A stretch of 62,418 nt of DNA from a virus. Lineage: Duplodnaviria > Caudoviricetes. The stretch lies in IMG/VR virus record IMGVR_UViG_3300021963_000132, positions 1 through 62,418 of that record, one strand, 5' to 3'. The translations under genes were made by a program, and so were the position numbers. Shown piece after piece: positions 1 to 9,600 of the stretch. How positions within the stretch are numbered: the first letter of the stretch is position 1; each line of letters begins with the position of its first letter. The notes under the pieces were generated by a model. That model ran no database searches, was not told the DNA's origin, and saw only the letters and a list, made by a program, of their open reading frames with translations.

Positions 1-3000
1 TGATTCACTGACCAGAATGAAGCGACCATTGAAGGGTTTCAGTATTTTTTGCGCTGGCTTAAGGTCAATACCTACCCATTGAGAATGCGACCAATCGTAT
101 TCCGACAGGTCAATATTTGTGTCAATCTGGGCACGACCAAGGTACGAGTGACGCATATTGCGCCCAGCGAGGTCCTTGGGGCGAATGAATTGTTTACGGA
201 ACGTTTCGGTTCGTGGTGGCGATTTTGCACTGCGCATTGAACGCATTGTTGATGGACCGTTGGGGTCGTCGTCGTCACGGGGAATAGCGCTCCAGTATCG
301 TTCTACGCGCCGTGCATTTTCTTTGCCAAGAAACGCCTCGAAGACCCGCTGGTTAAGAATTTGGTAACGCCCATCTCGCGTGCGTTGAACTGCCAGTGAA
401 GGATTCGCCCCATCAACACTGTTATCATAAAGATAAAACTCATCCATATCGCCACGAAGAATCGCATCAGTAGTAGTTCTACGCAGGTCGTCGGAGTATC
501 CCTGGGCTTTATATAGGGGAAGGTCCGGTCCACCGCCCTTTGCTCGAGCACGCATTCGTTTTTCAGCAACATCAACAGGCGTATAGACAAAATGACCAAT
601 TGTCGTATACCCTGCACGCTTTGCCTCGGACAATTGTTCTGTCCTTACTCCAGTTCCCGTAACAACATGGTCGCGTTGTTGCTCAATCGCCTGTCTGCGT
701 CCATACCTTGTCCACTGAGTGGACCAACGATGGATTTCCAAGGCGCCCTTGCCACCATCCCATCGTGGGTGACCCTTTTTAATTTCATCTGGGTCAATAT
801 CGGGAATTTCATCTGGTGTTGGGACACCAATGAATACACCAGACTGACGCATGCGAGACTTCCCTGAACCGGTTGTACCACCCAAGAACCAAAGAGTGGG
901 CCTATCTGGGTCCATGTTTTTGCGTTTTGCACGTCCGAAGACTGCATCAAGAATCTGTTGACCGAGGCGTGTATCGGGGTCGTTGCTAACACGTGCCCGT
1001 GCTGCACTATCCGAGGCAGAGCGCATTGATTGAATGGTTGCACCAAATGCTGCGTCAACTTTATCCGGGGACATGCGAACAAGCACTTCCAATGGAGCGT
1101 CTTCTAGATAATCGGGGTGCTCGTCGTACCAGTCAATGGCCTCTTTCATTCGTGCACTTCTCATGCCCAGCAATCGGTCACCGAGTGCCTCTAGCCGCTC
1201 TGCCGACAAACTGCTACGACCGCCGCGGCCACGGTCATTACCAAAACGGGTGACGAATTCATTGACGCTTATGCCGAAGACATCAGCCATATTTTGTATT
1301 GATACATTGTCAACGGTAGCGCGGACGGCATAATTGTCATCTGTATATGCAGCAAAAGACTCTGCAAACCATTCGACGCGAGCAGTTTCTGCATACTCAC
1401 TTATTTTGCGTGCCGATGCACGTTCTTGCTTGGTTCCCCAACCGATACGCCGGTATTCGGGCTCAAATGCTCCACCCTCGAAGTCGGTCACATTGCGCGT
1501 TCCACGCTTGAGGTTCTCATGCATTTCGGCGAGCGTTTCAACATAGTGCTCTAGTGAACGAGGATTTTGTTTTGCGGCCATCACCTCCCAGGCGTGAGCC
1601 AGTTCGTGTCGCAACATCTGGTCAACGTCGATATTGCGAAACTCAAAACCACGTGCTCGTGCTGCATCCCCAAAATTTCCTGGATTTGGTATGGCTTCTG
1701 TATTGAACGCAATAAAACCGCTCGACGCATAGCCACCCATAACAAAGTTCCATGCCTCTGGCCCACCGCCACTGATGCCTAGCAGACCCATTCCTTCAAT
1801 ATCTGGCTGAAAATCAGTGACCACAATTGGTGGCATACCGAATTGGCGAAGTGCTGCGGCTACTCCTGGAGTATTCCCAACCTCATCTTGGAGCATAGTT
1901 CGAAGAACTTGAGCAGCCTCAAAGTTCGGCTCAGCATCAGCGATTCGTTTGATTAGGCGGCGCGCATAGTTGCGAGTATATGGATTAGCGCGAAGTGTTT
2001 CTTCTAATTCCTCGAGAGAGGTTGGTACCATCTGAGCGACAAGTTCTTTAAGGTCGGAGTATCCATAGAACTCATACTCGTCAGTTACCTCATCAATATT
2101 ACGCAAAACACCTGATACTTCTTTCCTCGCTTTTTTGCGCGATGTTGATGAAATATCCTCGCCAGTTGCTGCTTCCGTCGGAAGACCTCCCGATTGTCCC
2201 TCTTCCATTTGCTCTTTGCGTTTTTGCGTAGTTGGTTTTGGTTTTCGCAGACCGCCAAAGATGCTTCGCATGCTCTGTAGGGTTTCATTATCCCGTTCAT
2301 TTGTATCGCGTTGTGGTGCAATTGACTCTGGAACAATTCCAGCAATACGAGAGAATGTCTCAGGGTCAATTTCTCCCACTCCAGCGGTGCCGTATCGTCT
2401 ACGGTTATCCTCATTGGCAAGAGCGGTTCCCTCGAAGAGTTTGCTAATGCGCCGACCCGCTCCTTCTGGAACTATGAATTTGGGGATTACAGGACGCTCT
2501 AGTGGCGTACCTTCAAACACAATGCCATCTTTATCCGCATCAATGGCCCCAGTAACATCGACAAATACGAAACCATTAGGGGCGGAACGTAAACCACGGC
2601 CGATACGTTGACCAACCTTTGGCCCGAGTCTCTTTACTTCAATGCCTTCAAATGCATTTGGTGTTGACGGTCCGTGTAGGTCCTCATAGATACTTTTGGC
2701 ACGTCGCCGCTCCGCCTTGGGTTTTGCCTTGCGTATCGCATCCATGATGAATCGCTCAGAACGCTTTTTCATGTTCCTGCGCCCAAGAGCAGTTCGTCCA
2801 GTGCGATTAGAAAGGTCCGACATATTCGTGCATGGCATCCAGATTGTCCGACCCGAACGTGATATGCGGCGACTAATTCCAATACATCCAAGTTGGCGAG
2901 ACCTATCGCGCGCGGCTTCAATATCCGTAAAAACGTCTGGGTCTTCATCCCGTGGCGCGGCTGGCTGGTACGACTTTCCAACGACACCAGATACCAAACC

Positions 3001-3282
3001 ACCACCAGCAATAGTGTCAATCGCTACTACGCCACGAGAACCCAATGGCTCCCATTGTCGCTGAATATTGTTGGAACCTCGTTGTGAGCGTGTGGTTTTT
3101 GCTGGTACGAAAATTGGCGCTCTGGTTAATTGCCCAATGGGCCTAAGGGAGCGCAACTTTTCTGCACTTGCACATGGGTGCCACTTGCCGTCGTCAGTTT
3201 GATGAGCGCCCGAGCAGCCAAGTTTTTTCGCTTCTCGCAGCGCCCTCATCTTCGCCGCGGTTACTGATGTGACCGCATCCAT
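1..3282 (-). CDS. Giant multidomain protein (partial, at least 1094 aa, runs off the left edge): 2x DUF3721-like Cys motif, DxDxDG leader, HExxH zincin, zeta-toxin-like P-loop kinase
   Basis: Absent from the ORF track because it has no stop in the window. Manual translation from ATG at 3282 (MDAVTSVTAAKMRALREAKKLGCSGAH...) stays open to base 1. Motifs: LGCSGAH...WHPC, LGCIG...WMPC, DVTGAIDADKDGIVFEGTPLERP, HELAH (1594-1608), EYAETARVEWFAESF, FLGGTTGSGKS (856-882), DIDPDEIKK. Confidence 0.85.
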   Translation of the reverse strand, partial: MDAVTSVTAAKMRALREAKKLGCSGAHQTDDGKWHPCASAEKLRSLRPIGQLTRAPIFVPAKTTRSQRGSNNIQRQWEPLGSRGVVAIDTIAGGGLVSGVVGKSYQPAAPRDEDPDVFTDIEAARDRSRQLGCIGISRRISRSGRTIWMPCTNMSDLSNRTGRTALGRRNMKKRSERFIMDAIRKAKPKAERRRAKSIYEDLHGPSTPNAFEGIEVKRLGPKVGQRIGRGLRSAPNGFVFVDVTGAIDADKDGIVFEGTPLERPVIPKFIVPEGAGRRISKLFEGTALANEDNRRRYGTAGVGEIDPETFSRIAGIVPESIAPQRDTNERDNETLQSMRSIFGGLRKPKPTTQKRKEQMEEGQSGGLPTEAATGEDISSTSRKKARKEVSGVLRNIDEVTDEYEFYGYSDLKELVAQMVPTSLEELEETLRANPYTRNYARRLIKRIADAEPNFEAAQVLRTMLQDEVGNTPGVAAALRQFGMPPIVVTDFQPDIEGMGLLGISGGGPEAWNFVMGGYASSGFIAFNTEAIPNPGNFGDAARARGFEFRNIDVDQMLRHELAHAWEVMAAKQNPRSLEHYVETLAEMHENLKRGTRNVTDFEGGAFEPEYRRIGWGTKQERASARKISEYAETARVEWFAESFAAYTDDNYAVRATVDNVSIQNMADVFGISVNEFVTRFGNDRGRGGRSSLSAERLEALGDRLLGMRSARMKEAIDWYDEHPDYLEDAPLEVLVRMSPDKVDAAFGATIQSMRSASDSAARARVSNDPDTRLGQQILDAVFGRAKRKNMDPDRPTLWFLGGTTGSGKSRMRQSGVFIGVPTPDEIPDIDPDEIKKGHPRWDGGKGALEIHRWSTQWTRYGRRQAIEQQRDHVVTGTGVRTEQLSEAKRAGYTTIGHFVYTPVDVAEKRMRARAKGGGPDLPLYKAQGYSDDLRRTTTDAILRGDMDEFYLYDNSVDGANPSLAVQRTRDGRYQILNQRVFEAFLGKENARRVERYWSAIPRDDDDPNGPSTMRSMRSAKSPPRTETFRKQFIRPKDLAGRNMRHSYLGRAQIDTNIDLSEYDWSHSQWVGIDLKPAQKILKPFNGRFILVSES

Positions 3283-3289
3283 ATTTTTC

Positions 3290-3628
3290 CTATCTGGAAG
3301 ACAAGTGAACTTCGATGTCGTCTTCAGAAACACCGTCTAGGCGAAGAGCAACCGCAGTTGCCTCACTTGGGTCTAGTGGGTATCTGGCCATCCATAGGGA
3401 TGCCTCCTCAAACTCGACCTCAAATGCCTTCATGGCCTCATCTTGACGCGCAATTGCAGAGCGAACAACTTCTTCTCCTGTCTGAACGCCATCCCATTCT
3501 TCGCCAGTAATCATTTCCACTAATTGTCGACGCTTTTTGGGCATTGAAGAAAATGGTGGGTAATTCATTAAGGCACTCAGAAGGTCGTGTTGTTCCATAA
3601 AGCGCTTTTGGTCATCTGTCAGTTCCAT
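3290..3628 (-). CDS. Hypothetical protein (112 aa)
   Basis: Tightly packed between two giants in the minus-strand operon, with GAGG upstream of the ATG. Confidence 0.75.
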   Translation of the reverse strand: MELTDDQKRFMEQHDLLSALMNYPPFSSMPKKRRQLVEMITGEEWDGVQTGEEVVRSAIARQDEAMKAFEVEFEEASLWMARYPLDPSEATAVALRLDGVSEDDIEVHLSSR

Positions 3629-3635
3629 ATGTACC

Positions 3636-6600
3636 TCAGTCTACTCTTTCGCCAGCATGTAGTTTGGCAACCATATCGGCGCTCAGTGGCACGCCATCTA
3701 TGACCGCCTTTTCAACTGCACGAGTCATTTCCAGACCACCAACTCCACCGTATGTAATTACCGCACCACGGTTAAACACAAGCATAACTCCATTGTTCGC
3801 ACGAATTGCGTCGTATCCATAAAGTGGTGCGAGAAGATTCCTTAGCACCCCACGGGTGGAGCCACGGGCAAAGTAATCAAGGGCAGCCAATGCACGCTTG
3901 CGGTCCTCTGGGTTTTTTGCATTGCGGACAGCATTGACCAACTCCATGATTGTTTTCCCACCACGTGTTTGCCATGCTGGGTCATCTGGTTGGTATTTTG
4001 CGTAAATGTTTTCCTCGATGAGTTCGAGAAGTCTCTTGAGTGCATCGCCTTCAGTTTTTTGCGCAAATCGTTCGGGAAGGTCTGGGCTAGAAAACGCCAA
4101 GTTAATGCCACCAGAAACATCTGCCAATTCATCTTGAAGTGTCTCCAACTCCCTCAACGTAATTACTTTTGCATCAGGTGCCAATGTCGCTACGGCTCCA
4201 CCTGGCCCAGGAATTGTATTTTTGAGCCGTTTTCCAGTCGCCGGGTCCGTTTGATTGTCAGCCGTAATATAACCTTCCCAGTTTGTTACAGCGGCGCGGG
4301 TGTCGCGTCCATCCTCCATAACAATGGCCCAGTACTCGCCGACACCCTGTGCCGAACCGCCTTTACCAGGTGTCACGCGACGTTCGCTGCTGTCGTCCAT
4401 GAAGTCCTCAGCGAATGTCTTTCCGCCGAATCCACGCCTAATAACACGTGCCCCTGGAACCTTTGACAGTTCAGTTAGTTCATCAAGCGTCACAACCGTT
4501 GGGCGGTGATTCAAATCAAGCACATTAAGAATTTGTGCAAGAATTGGGTCGTCGCCAGGGTTGAGACCCTTTTGCTTTTTCTTAATTTTTGCAGCCTCTT
4601 TCGTGTCTGCCTCTGCAAACAACTTACGGAGTTCCGAAAGTAGTTTGATTCCTTCTGGTGTGGTGGCCGAATCCTCGCCGGAGAAGACGCTCTTGCGCGT
4701 GGCGAGCGTCTTATTGGCAGAATCAACCGCACCATTGGCGTCATTACGTCCAGAAGCCAGTAGGCCCAAACGCGAGGCTTTATAACGAGCGAGGATGCGT
4801 AGTTCTTTCTTCGTCTTCTCCCGCGTGCCACTGGTTACCGTACCGCCAGTTCCCGTCTTTAGCGCCGTGAGGCGTCGAGCGGCATCACGCTTACGGTCAT
4901 TGCGGGCGTTGTAGCGCCTGACCCATTGACTTGGGTCGGGGATGATTGTCCTAGCCCAGAAAGAAGAGCCCTTGCGCTTGCTGCCAGTTTTTTCAGATAT
5001 ATCAGCAACATGGAACCCCATTCTGCGCAATGAAGAACTATCGGCATCTAGTTGTTCTTCGGAAACATCACCAAGAACATCAAAATCCTTTCCTTTACCG
5101 CGCAAGCGACCATCCCGGAGTTCGACCTTGTCTTTCCATTTCCACGTATTCCCAACATCGGCGAAAATTTGTTTGTCCAACTCGCCTGACCTGAAACGCT
5201 TAACTAGTTCCTTGTATTCCTTTTTCTTTTTGCTGACTGTACCTCGTTTGGTCCGTGGGACATCTGGAACATTGGCTGCTCCGCTTTCCATCCAGTCGTC
5301 AAACATTGCGTCAAGTGTTGCTCGTGACCCGATTATTCCATCTGGCTCAAACAATTCCTTCCTGTACGTTGAAGGCAGTTGTTCTGGAATGTACCGCATG
5401 GCGTCGCCGCCGTCAGCATTAGTTGAATTATTGTCGTTGCCCGCGAGTCGTCCCTTCGCAATGGTGGATAGTGCTGCCGCATCATCGAGGAATTGACGAT
5501 AAGCAATAGCAACTTTTTCGCGCTGAGTTTTTTTCGCAGCAAGAGAACGTTTGTTTTTTTCTACGTCAGTTCCCTGGGCAATTGCTTTGTTAAGGGCATC
5601 AATATCCTTGTCCAAATCGTCTAGGCGCGAGTTGTAGAGTTTGCGTACGCTAACGATTCTGGTCGCCAAGGTATCGGCGCCTTCTTTCGTGAGACCCAAA
5701 GTCATTTCACCAGTCTCTGGGTCACGAACTCCGGTAACCAATGAGTACTTTTGAAGTTTGGCGAATTTTTTTGCCTTACGCCCTTCAGCAGTGACTTCCT
5801 TTTGAACAGTCGCTCCATCGAGGGCAAGTCGTGGCGCCATGCTGTCACCAAAGATACCAACATCTCGATTTATTCCACCAGCAGACTCAAAAGCACCAAC
5901 TGCGTAGTTGTCGATATTGGCTACGTTCCCATTCGCATCAAATTCCACAGATAGCGAACCACCACTGAGGCGACGAATTGCAGCATCTTCGAGTTTCGCT
6001 ATACGAGAAATGGCCTCTTTACGCTGCTCGTCAGAAAGACTATCCCAGATTTCTCCATCAGAATCATCAATCTTTGTGTGTCCTGGGATAATCGCAATTC
6101 CGCTACGCATGCTTGTACCACGCTCGATGGTGGCAATACGCTGACGCTCCGACACGCTCCCACGAGAAACACCACGCGATGAGCGAAGTCCACCAGCAGG
6201 TTTGTTGGGTGTATCTATGCGTTCGTTAGGTGCCATGACGGAGAAGCGACCACGTCCCCGCAGTTCCCGCATCGCTCCGTCTGACAGTTCATATCCGTTG
6301 CGTCTAAGAATGCCGAGCAGGGCGTCTCTATCAACATTGAATTGTTCTGTTTTCCCGTTTTTGAAAACAACAGTAACGGTTCTTTGCTGAGGGTCGTAAT
6401 AGGCTCCACGCATTGTTGCGGTGTTTTCCTTGACCCGCTCGAGGACCGCTGCTCGGGGAGTTGGTCTGCTGCTGCGACTAGAGGGGCCGCGCGAGGAACG
6501 TGTGCTGGGACCCCCGTCGGTACCCATGCCTTCACCAAAATATGATTCCAACGCAGAATTGCGCATTCGCATAAATTCGTCGAGTTCTTCAGCAGAAGGC

Positions 6601-9600
6601 ATTGACAGTCTCGTGCCTTGAGCCTCTAGCATCGCAGATGTCCAGATATTGCCATCTGCGTCAGCACTCTCCATCTCTTCCAAGACACCTTGCAAGTCGG
6701 AAACATTTCCTCCAGGAAGATTGTCTGGGTCACTCATCCACTTGTCAACAGCCCTCTTCGCGCGAGCAAAGTCATCACGATTCATGACAATCATGTCATT
6801 CCCAGCGGCTGCATTTGCAAGTGCCGCATATAGGTCTGCTATGCCGCGGTAGTCGTCATCGCTGAAATTTTCAGCCGTACGATTGATTAGCCAGACAGCC
6901 TGGTCCAGGGCGCCATATTCAAGTATGGTCATGTCCCCTGCAATTTCATCATCACGAAGACCTGGTTCATCGGAACGTGGGCGTGCCGAACGTGCGGATG
7001 GCATTGAGAGTCTGGTTCCCTCTGCCTCAAGCATTGCTGATGTCCAGATATTGCCATCTGCGTCGGCAATCTCCATCTCATCTAGAACGCCCTGCAAATC
7101 AGAGACAAATCCACCAGGGAGATTGTCTGGATTATTCATCCAGTTGTCAACAGCCCTCTTTGCATTAGCAAAATCACCACGACTCATGACAATCATGTCG
7201 TTCGCAGCAATTGCGTTCTGAATTGCATCGCGTAGTGCCGCTACGGCCGGTGAGTTATCATCGCGCTGCAATAGGCGCACTGCATCATCAAGGGCGTCGT
7301 ACTCACCGATAGTCAAGTCACCGGCAATCTCGTTACTACGAAGACCTGGTTCATCGGAACGTGGGCGTGCCGAACGTGCGCTGCGGAAATTATTCGTATT
7401 TGCTCCCCGACGGCGACGCTTCCCACCGGGCGGCACATCTTCGGGGTCGCGGTCAAAACCATCATCACCAATCAGGTCTTCAAAATCGCGTTCGGCCCGG
7501 ATTGGGTCCCTTTCGTTGTCGCCACCGCGACGTGAACGCTGACTCCGGCTTGATTCTGGAGCCACATCCCGGACAAGGCGGCCAGTCCTCTTGTCACGCC
7601 ACCTACCCTTACTGTCCAAGTACAGATTAGGGTCAACTGCCATTCCTTGGCGAATTTCTTCTTCTAGTTCTGCTGAATCATCCTCTGGGTCATCAAAACC
7701 GGCGGCGATGGCGGCATCGCTGCGACGCGAACGTGTCGTGGGCGTATCGTTGCCACGCTTGAACGAGAAGATAGACAAACCACGCTTCCCTGGGGCCGCT
7801 GCCAATTTTTCTCCGCCAGGGGTAATCTTTGTGCCAGCAACATTGACACGAGCCTCGGGCGTATATTGAGAAAAGTCATCTGCGTACTTCTTCGCCATTT
7901 TCTGACGAGCGGCCAATGTGTCAATGAATGTTTTGCGCATTGCCGCTGGGACGCCAGAGTTGGCCATTTCCTTATCAATAGCGACCAAGTCGAGACCTTC
8001 AACTCTGCGCATTGATGTTACGAAATCGTCATTAGAAACATTCCCGTAGAGGTACTTGGATTGAGCGCTTTGGCTATAAATCATTGTTGCTGGCTCAATC
8101 CATGGGTCGTTTGGATTGAAGGATGGCTTGTCACCTCCGCGTGCGCGGTATAGCCCACCACCGCCAGTATCGAGACGAATAGCGGCACCGGTTCTTGCAT
8201 CCCACTTGGTGTTCTCCCCACCTCCGAATACGTCCCAATTGGAGAGTGCCATATCGATGCCCATGTCAAGTTTTGCAACTGCACGCTGCCGTGCATCTGG
8301 GCGGCCAAGCGTCTCTAGGCCATCTATGCCCTCACTGATAATGTGAGGCTTGCCCTTACCATCAACGATTACGGCGACGTTTGGAGCATGAGCGCCAGCA
8401 GCACGGTAGACAGCAGCAACGGCCGCTTCGTTATAGGCATGATTTGGCGTTGGGGTAGGCTTTACGAAGAACTTACGTCCTGTCTTATCGTCCCTGTACC
8501 ACTGGCCACCGTTGGACCCAAGTGGGCCACTAATGCGTGTCATTCCGTCTAGGTCCTTGAAAGACGGCAATGGACCATTGCCAATTACAGGACCGGTGTA
8601 TGCCGAGCGCATGCTCTGGGGATTATCGTATCCGAAGAAATCCCTGACCTCTTTGGGCGTAATTACTCGACCATCAGCGAGATAGACGAATCCATCGCCA
8701 CGTGCTTCATTCGGTCCAGGACTGCGATATGGCCCCCGGACGTAATCGTCGGCAGTAGACCCAGTGCCACGATATGGCCCCTGGTTGAACCACTCTTTAT
8801 GCCCACGTAGTACGCTGAAATCTACGTCATCAAGAGTCTCAACGGCACTAACAAAATTGCCTGCCGGTACAAAGGACGCACGACGACTACGCGAAGAATC
8901 GTCAGGGCGCATGGATGGGGACATATGCTCAATTCGGTCCCAGAACGATTCAGCCATCTCCATCGCCAACAAGTCCAGCATTGTTTCATCAATATCAGAA
9001 CCCATTTCGTCACGAAGTGCCTGTCGAGCATTTAGGAAGTCTTGTGTTCGTGCTGCTGGGAAATCGACGTCCTCGAAGATATCGGCGATTTCTGCATGGT
9101 CATCGTTGTTGACATCAAAGACTTCCGCGCCAGGGTAGACGTCAAGTGGACGCTTCGACTTGCTATTGAAGTCAATCAACCGCGACGTAGCCCTAAGTAC
9201 CGTATCACGCCGGTCTCTGCGACTGCTACGCGAAGAGGGTTGACCAGGAAGTCGTCCAATTCGGTCCCAGAATGATGCAGTCATCTCCATCGCCATGTCG
9301 TCTATGCCCGCCATGTAGATATCGGAACCCGGCCCCTCAATCATCGGGTGGTTCTCAAGAAGTGCCTGTCGAGCATTTAGGAAGTCTTGTGTTCGTGCTG
9401 CTGGGAAATCAGCATCACTAAATTCTTCGTAAATTGCGGCATGGTCATCATTATCCGGGTCAAATACTTCAGCACCGGGGAAAACATCTAGTGGGTTCCT
9501 TGACCTAGTGTTGAAGTCGGCCAACTTCGACATAGCGCTACGACCGCTACGCTGACTTGGCCTTGCTCCACCCTTGCGTCGGCGCCAGGTTCCGTCCCTG

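Noticed and set aside
6600-9530. Near-identical repeats as a diversity-generating retroelement TR/VR pair
   Set aside because: There is no reverse transcriptase in the window, both copies are in-frame coding, and the differences do not look adenine-specific.
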